DNA from: an uncultured Treponemataceae bacterium | Lineage (GTDB): Bacteria; Spirochaetota; Spirochaetia; Treponematales; Rectinemataceae | Direction of reading: 5' to 3' | Assembly (NCBI GenBank): GCA_964491385.1 | Contig: CAZBGA010000006.1 | Span: 5,445-69,444, forward strand | DNA: 64,000 nt | In this document: positions 52,243 to 60,970 of the stretch, piece by piece | Position numbering within the stretch: position 1 is the first letter of the stretch | How the letters are laid out: each line of letters opens with the position of its first letter | Notes under the pieces: generated by a model | What the model saw: only the letters and a program-made list of their open reading frames with translations | Databases searched by the model: none | What the model was told of the DNA's origin: nothing | Made by a program: the position numbers and the translations under genes

Positions 52243-53820
52243 TCAGTTCGACAACGCGGCTTCCGCCGCGGCCAAATCGCGCGTCAGTGTCGGATCGCCG
52301 GGCATCGAGGCGAGGGCCGAAGTCAACGCGGCCTTGGCGCCCGAGTAATCTCCTGAATTGTAGAATCGCGCGAAGCGGTTGTGCGCGTCCGCGACGAAGT
52401 TCCGCCGGAGCGTCTGGGCGAGACGGGCGAGGCTTCCGTCCCCCGAGCCGTCGGTTCCGCCCAGCCTGGCTACGCCGAGCTTGGCGATGCCCCGATCGGC
52501 GATGGCCGCGGCGGCGAGCCAATCGCCGCCGGCTCCGATCCTGCTCGCCTCTTTCCCGTAGATCGCCTCGATCGCCTGCGCGTAGCGGGCGGGACTGATC
52601 TCGCCGTCCGCGAGTATCCTGTCCGCGGCGGCGACCGCCTCCGCCAGCGGGAGGCCGTTGGCGGCCCCGACCAGCTCCATTTCGCCGACGACCGACCTAG
52701 CTTCAGCTACGGCCGCCGGGCCGGCGCGGTCGGCGCGCTCCGCTATCGCGCCTCGGGCGCCGGCGAAATCGCCCTTTCGTCCATAGCTTTGAGCGAGGCC
52801 CGAAAGGGACCCCGCTACGAGAGCGGCCGAGGCGGCGTCCTCGGGCGAGGCCGCCGCGAGACGAGCCGCGGCTTGAAAGGCGGCGTCCCAGTCACCCGCC
52901 TGGGAGAGCGCGACGGCCTGGTTGTAGGCGGCGGTCCTGGCGAGGGCCGAGAGGCGAGCCTCGCCAGGCAGCGCGGCCGACGCAGCCCGGGCGGCCGCCA
53001 CGGCTCCATCGAAGTCGCGGCGGGCTTCGAGGGAGGCTACGAGATTATTGATGCGGTCTACCTGGAAGGCCCGCGAATCCGCGCCGGGGCAGAGCGCCGC
53101 ATAGTCGGCGCCGAGCCTCGTCGCCTCGGCGAAGCGGCCGGAAAGCTCGAGGACGGATGCCCTGTTGGATAGTATGAGGCCGACGAGCTCCCGCTCTCCG
53201 ATGGCCCTGCGGTCGCCGTAGCCTCCGGGGGCAACGTAGGCGTAACCCGTGAGACGGCCGAAGCTGTCCTTGAACTCCTTCTTGCCGCCCGGATCGAAAC
53301 CATAGGGGTTGGTCGTTTCCACGTCCACGCTTCTGCTCCCGACGAGGACCGTGCAGAAGGCATGGTCGGAAGTCCTTACGCCGGCTACGTCTATGCCTAT
53401 TCCGCGAACGGCTAGCATGTACAGGACCGCCGACGATACGCAGTTGTAGAGCCCCGTGTCGAGGATCCCGTCTATGGTAGTAGCGTCCTCGCGGTAGGAT
53501 CGGAGCACATTCTTATGGAGGAAAGTGAGCACCGATTCTGCCTTCGCCGTCGCGTCAGGGCCCTGTTCCGCTGCCGCGCCGGCCTCGACGATGATCCGGT
53601 CGAGGCGCGACTGGTAGGGGTCGAGCTCCTCGGGCCGCAGCCCGGAGGCGAGGAGGGCGGCCCTCTCGAGTTTCGGCAAGTCCATGGGATCCGCGACCGC
53701 TCCGAGTTCCGAGAATCCGGGCTCGGGTTCGAGGAAGCCGACTTCCGGTACGGGGGCGCCCCAGGCCGGCCCGGCAACCAGGAGGAGAAACAGGAAGGGA
53801 AAGCATAAGAAGCCCTTCAT
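52243..53820 (-). CDS. secreted transglutaminase-like cysteine protease-fold protein with an Ala-rich helical-repeat (TPR-like) C-terminus
   Basis: Signal peptide MKGFLCFPFLFLLLVAGPAWG/A. Cys-His-Asp arrangement YNCVSSAVLY...SDHAFC...VDVETT. Confidence 0.6.
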   Translation of the reverse strand: MKGFLCFPFLFLLLVAGPAWGAPVPEVGFLEPEPGFSELGAVADPMDLPKLERAALLASGLRPEELDPYQSRLDRIIVEAGAAAEQGPDATAKAESVLTFLHKNVLRSYREDATTIDGILDTGLYNCVSSAVLYMLAVRGIGIDVAGVRTSDHAFCTVLVGSRSVDVETTNPYGFDPGGKKEFKDSFGRLTGYAYVAPGGYGDRRAIGERELVGLILSNRASVLELSGRFAEATRLGADYAALCPGADSRAFQVDRINNLVASLEARRDFDGAVAAARAASAALPGEARLSALARTAAYNQAVALSQAGDWDAAFQAAARLAAASPEDAASAALVAGSLSGLAQSYGRKGDFAGARGAIAERADRAGPAAVAEARSVVGEMELVGAANGLPLAEAVAAADRILADGEISPARYAQAIEAIYGKEASRIGAGGDWLAAAAIADRGIAKLGVARLGGTDGSGDGSLARLAQTLRRNFVADAHNRFARFYNSGDYSGAKAALTSALASMPGDPTLTRDLAAAEAALSN

Positions 53821-53921
53821 CACTTTCAAATCTAATTCCCTCGGGGTATAGTAAGCCACGATAAATCGTAAAAGTCGTTATCTTAATAATATCATCGTCG
53901 AGAGCCGCCGCTGGAGGGTAT

Positions 53922-54869
53922 ATGGATTCGGAATTCGATCTCATAGTCATCGGAGGGGGAGCCGCCGGCCTGTCCGCGGCTCAATACGGCGCTCGCGCCA
54001 ATCTCAAGACACTCCTCGTCGAGGAACTGGCGGTCGGCGGGCAAGCCCTTCTCGTCGATGCCCTCGAGAATTATCCCGGCGTCATGGGCCCCGTTAGCGG
54101 CTACGACTTGTCCGAGGTCATGCGCAGGCAGGCCGAGGCTTTCGGCGCTTCTTCGCTCACCGCGACGGTGAGCGAGCTGCGAAAAGACGGCGGGTTCTTC
54201 GTCGTCGACACGAGCGAGGGCGGCCTCAGGGCCAAGACCGTCGTGCTGGCTACCGGGGCCAAGCACAGGCACGCGGGCGTTCCCGGCGAGGAGGAGTTCG
54301 CGGGGCGGGGCGTATCCTATTGCGCGACCTGCGACGGTCCGTTCTTCAAGGGAAGGCGCATAATGGTCGTCGGAGGCGGCGACGCGGCCTGCGACGAGTC
54401 CGCGTTCCTCGCCAAGCTATCCGACAAGATAGTGGTCGTCCACCGCCGGGACCGCTTCAGGGCGCAAGCCTCTTTGGCCGAGCGTACGCTCTCCAATCCC
54501 AATATCGAAGTCCGCTTCAATACGACCATCAAGGAGATCAGGGGGACAAAGAAAGTGGAGTCCGTGCTTCTCGACAAGGCGGAGGGCGGAGGAGCCCATG
54601 AAGAGGCCTTCGACGCGGTCTTCGTCTTCGTCGGCTCGATCCCCCAGAGCGCCCTCGCGACCGGGGCCAAGAAAGACGAGGCGGGCTACATCCTTACCGA
54701 CGATCGCATGGCGACGAGCCAGCCGGGGCTGTTCGCGGCCGGAGACGTGCGCGCCTGCAGCTTCCGCCAATTGGTCACCGCCGCCTCGGACGGAGCGATC
54801 GCGGCCCATTCCGCATCCCAGTATATCGACGAGATGAAGGGAGAAGCCTACGCCCCTTCTTCTCCATAG
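53922..54869 (+). CDS. trxB: thioredoxin-disulfide reductase
   Basis: DLIVIGGGAAGLSAA, redox-active CATCDG, VVGGGDAACDES, GLFAAGDV. Confidence 0.9.
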   Translation: MDSEFDLIVIGGGAAGLSAAQYGARANLKTLLVEELAVGGQALLVDALENYPGVMGPVSGYDLSEVMRRQAEAFGASSLTATVSELRKDGGFFVVDTSEGGLRAKTVVLATGAKHRHAGVPGEEEFAGRGVSYCATCDGPFFKGRRIMVVGGGDAACDESAFLAKLSDKIVVVHRRDRFRAQASLAERTLSNPNIEVRFNTTIKEIRGTKKVESVLLDKAEGGGAHEEAFDAVFVFVGSIPQSALATGAKKDEAGYILTDDRMATSQPGLFAAGDVRACSFRQLVTAASDGAIAAHSASQYIDEMKGEAYAPSSP

Positions 54870-54990
54870 ATCGAGGCGCGGAGCGCGAGGCCGCGCGCCG
54901 CACGGCAGGACGCTCGCTTTCGCGGTTGTCCTCGCCTCCGCGAGCTTCGCCTCGGCCTCCCCGCCCCAAGCCGATTTCTGGGCTTCGGAG

Positions 54991-56595
54991 GTGAAAGGAG
55001 GCGACGCCGAAGCGGCGCTTGCCGCCTCGATCGTCGGCAGGATGAGAGACGAGGAAGTCGTAGGCCAGATCCTCATGATGGCCTATCCGGGCGACGAGCC
55101 CGGTCCCCTCCTGTACGAATGGATCGAAAAGCGCTCCCTGGGAGGCGTGAAGATATTCGGCTGGAACGCCGAGGACAGCGGCAAAGTCGCCAAGGCGGTG
55201 TACGGGATTCAGGGAGCCGCCCTCGACTCGCGCCTGGGCCTGCCTCTCCTCGTGGCCACCGACCAGGAAGGCGGGTGGATACGCCACATCAAGGGCGCGA
55301 CGACGATCACGCCCGGCAATATGGCGATCGGGGCCTCGGGCAGGCCCTATGACGCCTATCGCTCCGCGAACCTCATCGGCAGGGAGCTCGCGGCGCTCGG
55401 CGTCAACATGGACTTCGCCCCTTCCGTCGACCTCGCCACCAAGCCCAAGAGCTACATAATCGGGCCGCGTGCCTTCTCGGACGACCCGGAGCTCGCGGCA
55501 TCGCTAGGCTCGGCCTTCGTCCGCGGTCTCGCCGACGCCGGAGTCATCGCGACCGCGAAGCATTTCCCGGGGCACGGCGATACGGAGGACGATTCGCACG
55601 GCGTCCTCCCGGTCATCCGCGTCGACGAAAAGACCCTCTGGGACCGCGAGCTCCTGCCCTACCGCGTACTGTCGGCCGAGGGCATCCCCGCCATAATGAG
55701 CGGCCATCTCTGCTTCCCCCTAGTCACGGGCGATGGGTGGCCCGCATCGCTCTCGCCCTATTTCATGACGACCCTCCTGCGCGGCCGAATCGGCTTCAGG
55801 GGCTTGGCGGTGACCGACGACCTCGCTATGAACGGGGCGGGGGAGGCTGCCGGCTCCATTTCCGAGGCCTGCATCAAGGCGGTGGAGGCAGGCAACGACC
55901 TGCTCATGATAAGCAAGCTCCTTACGACCGACGATCCCGCCTGGACGCGCCTCCTCGAGTCCTATCGGGAAAAGCCCGTCTTCCGGGCGCTGGTTCGCGC
56001 GGCCGCGGCCAAGGTCGTCGAGACGAAGCTGAGGTACCTGAGGCCTCGCGGGAAGGCGGTTCTCGTCCCAGATCTCGCGGGGCTCGCGGCCAAAGTGCCC
56101 GATCCCGAGGCCGCTGCCTTCTTCGCGGCGCAGGCCTATCGGAGCGCCACCGTCCTGCGCTCGGGCGGAATTCCCTTTTCCCCTCGGGATCGGGGCGGCG
56201 GGCGCCTTCTCCTTGCCGGGCCCTTCAAGGAGTTCTTCGACGCAGCCCGCGTCGACTATCCTGGGGCCGGGACTTTCCGCTTCTCCTACGAGCCGGAGGG
56301 CGCCGCGGTCGGCTCCGAGCTGGCGGCCTTCGCCCGCGACCTTGCGGGCGTCGACGCCGTGGTCGTCTGCGTCGCCAACGAAGCGGGAATGGATTTCGCC
56401 GAGCGTGCCCATGAGGCGGGCAAGCGCGTGGCGATATTGTCCGTCCAGAGCCCAGCGCCTCTCGCGAGGGCGCCCTGGGCCGAGGCCTCGGTGGCCGTCT
56501 ACAGCTACTCGAGCGACTCCATCAGGGCCGGCATCGCCGTCCTCGCGGGCAAGGCCCAGGCACAGGGCAGGCTGCCCCTGCATCTCCCCGAATGA
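54991..56595 (+). CDS. glycoside hydrolase family 3 (NagZ-like beta-N-acetylhexosaminidase) with an extra C-terminal domain; true start probably upstream (see findings)
   Basis: GGVKIFGWN, LLVATDQEGGWIRH, KHFPGHGDTEDDSH. The GTG at 54991 is the first canonical start, but the frame is open and coding-like from 54838. Confidence 0.75.
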   Translation: MKGGDAEAALAASIVGRMRDEEVVGQILMMAYPGDEPGPLLYEWIEKRSLGGVKIFGWNAEDSGKVAKAVYGIQGAALDSRLGLPLLVATDQEGGWIRHIKGATTITPGNMAIGASGRPYDAYRSANLIGRELAALGVNMDFAPSVDLATKPKSYIIGPRAFSDDPELAASLGSAFVRGLADAGVIATAKHFPGHGDTEDDSHGVLPVIRVDEKTLWDRELLPYRVLSAEGIPAIMSGHLCFPLVTGDGWPASLSPYFMTTLLRGRIGFRGLAVTDDLAMNGAGEAAGSISEACIKAVEAGNDLLMISKLLTTDDPAWTRLLESYREKPVFRALVRAAAAKVVETKLRYLRPRGKAVLVPDLAGLAAKVPDPEAAAFFAAQAYRSATVLRSGGIPFSPRDRGGGRLLLAGPFKEFFDAARVDYPGAGTFRFSYEPEGAAVGSELAAFARDLAGVDAVVVCVANEAGMDFAERAHEAGKRVAILSVQSPAPLARAPWAEASVAVYSYSSDSIRAGIAVLAGKAQAQGRLPLHLPE

Positions 56596-57554
56596 AGGCT
56601 CCCGGCCTAGGAACGGGAAGTCGCCCGAGCGCGCGAACGGGCGCGCCGCGATGGCGGCGGGCCGTAGGGGCGGACATTCCCGCCCTCTCCGCCTTCCTCC
56701 GGGAGGGTGAAGAGCGCCGCGTGGGCTTCTCAGGCCGCCTCCTTCGGGAAGCCGGCTTCGGCGCTTCGGCGTCCGTCCGGCTTCCCTCGCCTCTCCGCGG
56801 CGCCGTGTGGCTGGTCGACGTCGAAGACGCTTCCGCGGCGGCGCCTTCCGCTTCGGACGGCCCCGAGATCGCAGGCGCCGTCCTCTGTCATCCTTCGCGC
56901 CTGGTCTTCCCGATTTTCCCGGCCTCGAACGACGATCGCGAAGCGGGCATATCCCTCCTCGCCTCTTCCTTCCCGCCCGCTTCGGTCACCGGAATGACCG
57001 AGGACGTCGAGCGATACGAATCGGCCTTGAGCCTCGAGCCGCTGGCGTCGGTCGCCTATCGGATGATGGCCAGGGCCGAATGCGAGCGGCAGCCGCTCGA
57101 CGCGACGGTTCCCGGCCATCCGGAACTGTCGATCCGACGAGCTTTCCTGGCCGACCTCGCCGCCCTCCTCCCTCTCCAGGAGGCCTACGAACGCGAGGAA
57201 GTGCTTACGCGCATTCATCGGTTCAACCCGGCGGCCTGCAAGGCTTCGCTCGCCCGGGCCTTGGAGAGGCAGCTCGTGTTCGCCGCGGAAGAGGGAGGGG
57301 TCATAGTAGCCAAGGCGGGAACGAATGCGAGAGGCTTCGCCGTCGATCAGATCGGCGGGGTATACACGCTTCCCTCGCGAAGGGGCCGCGGGATCGCCTT
57401 CGCCCTCATGGCGGCGCTCCTTGCCGAGATATCCGATCAGGGTCGGTCTCCAGCCCTATTCGTCAAGCCTTCCAACGCGGCCGCTTGCGCCCTCTATCGC
57501 GGCCTCGGATTCGATGACATAGGGGACTATCGCGCCGATTATTTCGAGGCTTAA
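56592..57554 (+). CDS. GNAT-family N-acetyltransferase (C-terminal GNAT, N-terminal unknown domain)
   Basis: ATGA overlap with the GH3 gene. Acetyl-CoA motif A VYTLPSRRGRGIAFALMAAL...ALYRGLGF. Confidence 0.7.
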   Translation: MKAPGLGTGSRPSARTGAPRWRRAVGADIPALSAFLREGEERRVGFSGRLLREAGFGASASVRLPSPLRGAVWLVDVEDASAAAPSASDGPEIAGAVLCHPSRLVFPIFPASNDDREAGISLLASSFPPASVTGMTEDVERYESALSLEPLASVAYRMMARAECERQPLDATVPGHPELSIRRAFLADLAALLPLQEAYEREEVLTRIHRFNPAACKASLARALERQLVFAAEEGGVIVAKAGTNARGFAVDQIGGVYTLPSRRGRGIAFALMAALLAEISDQGRSPALFVKPSNAAACALYRGLGFDDIGDYRADYFEA

Positions 57555-57629
57555 GCCGCGGAGAAGCGAGGAATTCGAACACCCTTTCTCGGTGGACCGA
57601 AGTTCCAGGCCTCTGTTACCTTCGGGACC

Positions 57630-58499
57630 ATGAACGCAATTCAGGCGGCATTGCTTCTCGCGCTCTCGGCGATATGGGGTAGCTCGTTCATGTTCATGCG
57701 CTACCTCTCCCCGATCGTCGGGCCCGTCCTCACCGCGGATATGAGGATGCTGATCGCGGGTCTTTCCCTCCTCGCCTTCTTCGCGGCGACAGGCTACCGC
57801 CTGGGCTGGAGGCGGGATTGGAAGCGCTTGGTCGTGATCGGGATCGTCAACTCCGGCCTGCCTTTCCTCCTATTTTCCTTCGCGGCTCTCTACGTGCCGG
57901 CATCCGTCGAGTCGGTGCTCAACGCTCTGTCGCCCCTCTTCGGCGCCGTATTCTCCGCGATCTGGCTGGGGGAGGCTCTTTCGGCCGCCAAATTCGCGGG
58001 CCTCGTCCTAGGCGCGTCGGGGGTCGCGGCGATAACGAGCTTCGGGTCCCTGCCCGCCTCCCCCATGCTTGCGCCGGCGATCTCCGCCTGCATACTCGCG
58101 ACCGCCTGCTACGGCCTCTGCGGGGTCTACATCAAAAGGCGCGCGGCGGACATCGAAGCTCGCGCGATGGCGGCGGGCAGCCAATTCGCCGCCGGCGTCA
58201 TCATCCTGCCGCTCGCGGCCGCCTTCCCGCCCAGGGCGATGCCCGGTCCATCCGTTCTCGCCGCCCTGGCCCTGTTCGCGCTGCTCTGCAGCGCTGTCGC
58301 GTACTTGATCTACTACAGGCTGATAGCCGAGCTCGGGCCTACAAAGGCCCTGACCGTGACCTTCCTCATTCCCGTCTTCGGGATGCTCTGGGGACGGATC
58401 CTCCTCGGGGAGAGGATCAGCCTCGCGATGATAGGCGGGGCGGCTCTGGTCCTCGCCGGCACGGCGCTCGTGGGATTCAAAATACGCATCCGCGCCTGA
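57630..58499 (+). CDS. DMT-superfamily (EamA) transporter
   Basis: Ten hydrophobic segments and duplicated EamA pattern (LLALSAIWGSSFMFMRY...; ALLCSAVAYLIYYRLI). Confidence 0.8.
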   Translation: MNAIQAALLLALSAIWGSSFMFMRYLSPIVGPVLTADMRMLIAGLSLLAFFAATGYRLGWRRDWKRLVVIGIVNSGLPFLLFSFAALYVPASVESVLNALSPLFGAVFSAIWLGEALSAAKFAGLVLGASGVAAITSFGSLPASPMLAPAISACILATACYGLCGVYIKRRAADIEARAMAAGSQFAAGVIILPLAAAFPPRAMPGPSVLAALALFALLCSAVAYLIYYRLIAELGPTKALTVTFLIPVFGMLWGRILLGERISLAMIGGAALVLAGTALVGFKIRIRA

Positions 58500-58537
58500 A
58501 AGAGACGGGCCGAGAGGCCGCGCCGCCCCCGCGGGAG

Positions 58538-59371
58538 TCATTCGGATAGGTGGTACTCGCCCCTGTACACGTATTCGGGCCTCGCTGCGACATAGAGCGC
58601 CCCCGAGACGGTCCACTCGACCCAGAGCGCGCCGGATCCGAGCCTGACCATAGCCTCCCGGTCCGCATAGCCCACGGCGGCCGAGGCAGCGAGAGCGGCC
58701 GCCGCCGCGGCGCAGCAGTCCACGGCGCCGCCGGACGGCGCGGACACGAGGAGCTGCCCTCGCGAGGTCACGCGGACGGTGATGACGACCGGCGCCGACT
58801 CCGCGCGCCTCGGCTCGCGCTTCCGCGAGGAGGCGATGCGCGCCCTCGCCCTGGCGGCGCCGCCCTCGGCGAAGACGGCGGCCAGGTCCGCGGAAGGGAT
58901 TCCCGCGCGCAGCAGGACGACCTGGAAACGCTCGCCCGCCGCCTCGATGCTCGTGGCGCGCATCGCCGCCTCGGCCGCTCCGAGGGCCTCGCCGTCCGGC
59001 ATTCCCCTCGGCGGACCGAGCGAGAGGCCGAGGGAGGCCGAATCGAGGACGTCTACCCGTAGCTCGGCGCCGGGAATCCTCATCGAGACGTCCTCGGCGC
59101 CGCTCCGGCCCGAATCGAGGAGGAAGCGAGCCGCGCAGATGGCGGCGTCGGCGAAGGGGCCCGTCGTCCCGTCGGGCTGATAGACTCGGAGCCGCGCCTC
59201 GCCCTCGGGCTTCGAGACGACGGCGAGCCTGTCGGCCCCGGCTCCTCGCCGTCTATGCAGGAGGGCCTTCGCGGCCATCGCCCAATCCCTGCCCTTCCCG
59301 TCGCCCTCCAGGTCGTCCACCAGCACCATGTCGGAATCGCAGAGGCGCAATTTGTAGAAGGTGAAGTCCAT
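58538..59371 (-). CDS. diaminopimelate-epimerase-fold protein lacking the first catalytic cysteine
   Basis: Alignable to E. coli DapF from memory. RVYQPDGTTGPFADAAICAARFL aligns with [24 protein letters not shown] (Cys73 -> Ala/Asp, GNG lost). GGAVDCCAAAAAALAAS aligns with GETQACGSGACAAVAVG (second Cys kept). GNDF -> CDSD. Confidence 0.6.
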   Translation of the reverse strand: MDFTFYKLRLCDSDMVLVDDLEGDGKGRDWAMAAKALLHRRRGAGADRLAVVSKPEGEARLRVYQPDGTTGPFADAAICAARFLLDSGRSGAEDVSMRIPGAELRVDVLDSASLGLSLGPPRGMPDGEALGAAEAAMRATSIEAAGERFQVVLLRAGIPSADLAAVFAEGGAARARARIASSRKREPRRAESAPVVITVRVTSRGQLLVSAPSGGAVDCCAAAAAALAASAAVGYADREAMVRLGSGALWVEWTVSGALYVAARPEYVYRGEYHLSE

Positions 59372-59454
59372 CCGCGTATAGTATCCCGACTTGGGGCCGT
59401 GTTGTAGCTCGCCGCGGGCTATGCGCCTCGCGGGGGACGCGGTATCATCGGGTC

Positions 59455-60114
59455 GTGAACGAAGAGCTCTTCGAGCTTCCCGAGGCGGGGGGCCGAGTCT
59501 TGCGGGCCGACGATTTTCCCGAAGGCCCGCCCCTCGGCCCCGGCGTCTGCGGCATCGACGAGGCCGGACGCGGTCCCCTCGCCGGGCCGGTATCGGCGGC
59601 GGCCGTCGTCCTGCCGGACGCCTTTCCCGTCGAGGAGCTCGGGGACTCGAAGGCCCTCTCGGCCAGGCGCCGCGAGGCGGCCTACGCGCTTATCGTCGAA
59701 GGATCCCTGGCCTGGTCGGTCGGCTGGGCCTACCCTTGCGAGATCGACGGCTTGAATATCCTCGGCGCCAGCCTCCTCGCGATGCGCCGCGCCTATCTGG
59801 GAATGGCCTCCGCGCTGGCGGCGCGGAACCGCCCCCCGCCTGGAGCCGTCTTTGTCGACGGCAACCGCCCGCCCCGCCTGGGACGCCCCTGCGCCTGCGT
59901 CGTCAAGGGCGACGCGGTCGTCCCCGCGATCATGGCCGCCTCCATCCTGGCGAAAGTCGCGCGCGACAGGGCGATGGAGCGATACGACTGGCTCTACCCG
60001 GAATACGGCTACGCGAGGCACAAGGGCTACCCGACTCTCGAGCACCGCGAGGCCTGCCGCAGGCTGGGGCCCTCGCCGATCCAGCGCGAGAGCTTCAACT
60101 ACATAGCGGAATAG
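59455..60114 (+). CDS. rnhB: ribonuclease HII
   Basis: GTG start. GIDEAGRGPLAGPV, DSKALS, YGYARHKGYPT. Confidence 0.9.
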   Translation: MNEELFELPEAGGRVLRADDFPEGPPLGPGVCGIDEAGRGPLAGPVSAAAVVLPDAFPVEELGDSKALSARRREAAYALIVEGSLAWSVGWAYPCEIDGLNILGASLLAMRRAYLGMASALAARNRPPPGAVFVDGNRPPRLGRPCACVVKGDAVVPAIMAASILAKVARDRAMERYDWLYPEYGYARHKGYPTLEHREACRRLGPSPIQRESFNYIAE

Positions 60115-60129
60115 GCAGGACCGGAGGAT

Positions 60130-60534
60130 ATGGCGAAACCGTCGGTCATCAAGGTCCGAAGCGCGAGGCGGGTGGACATCATCGACATTACGTCGCTCGT
60201 CGCCAAGGTAGTCCGCGAGTCGGGCATCGGCGAGGGCGTCTGCGTGCTCCAAACTCTGCACACGACCGCGGCCCTCACTATCAACGAGTCGGCGGATCCC
60301 GATGTCCGCCGGGACATCGAGAAGCAGCTCGCCCTCCTCGCGCCCCGCGACCCGAGTTTCCGCCACGCCGAGGGCAACTCCGACGCGCATATCAAGACCA
60401 GCCTTTTCGGGCCCTCCCTCGCCGTCGTGATAAGCGAAGGAGAGCTCGTCCTCGGGACCTGGCAGGCGATTTACCTATGCGAGTTCGACGGACCGAGGGA
60501 GCGGAGCGTCGTGGCGAAGTGCATGGCGGGCTAG
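60130..60534 (+). CDS. YjbQ/UPF0047 family protein (secondary thiamine-phosphate synthase fold)
   Basis: HTTAALTINESADPDVRRD, HAEGNSDAHIKTSLFG, GTWQAIYLCEFDGPR. Confidence 0.8.
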   Translation: MAKPSVIKVRSARRVDIIDITSLVAKVVRESGIGEGVCVLQTLHTTAALTINESADPDVRRDIEKQLALLAPRDPSFRHAEGNSDAHIKTSLFGPSLAVVISEGELVLGTWQAIYLCEFDGPRERSVVAKCMAG

Positions 60535-60917
60535 TCCGGGTCCCCCGGCGCCGCCGGCCTGCGGCGCACGACGATGCGGCGCTTCTTGGGCGCCTCGCTC
60601 GACTCGCTGCCCGCGAAGCCGGTGGTCCTCCCGCGCTTGTCCGCGGATCCCTTCGCCGGCGGGGAGAAATCCAGGGCACCGGAGCCGCGCCCAGATTTTT
60701 CCATATAGCTGAGAGCGCCCTGGAACGCCTTGACGAATTCCGCCATGTCCTCGCGGAAGACGACGACGGAGCGGCGCTCGAACCCCTCCGTCTCGGAGGG
60801 CTTGCTTTCCACCACGGTGAGGAACATATCTCCCATGCGGTTTTCCTTGACGTTGAAGAAGTAGGTCCTGCCGTTGCAGCTGACCCTCGTAGAGAAAAGC
60901 TCGCCCCGAATGCCCAT
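60531..60917 (-). CDS. PUR-alpha-like ssDNA/RNA-binding protein (DUF3276 type)
   Basis: MGIRGELFSTRVSCNGRTYFFNVKENRMGDMFLTVVESK...RRSVVVFREDMAEFVKAF, with a basic disordered tail. It is the only believable part of the 819-aa ORF 60531..62990. Confidence 0.7.
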   Translation of the reverse strand: MGIRGELFSTRVSCNGRTYFFNVKENRMGDMFLTVVESKPSETEGFERRSVVVFREDMAEFVKAFQGALSYMEKSGRGSGALDFSPPAKGSADKRGRTTGFAGSESSEAPKKRRIVVRRRPAAPGDPD

Positions 60918-60970
60918 AGCCGCTCCTCGCCCTTCGCCTCTCGATAGTACCTGAGGTTCGGAGCGGTCCG

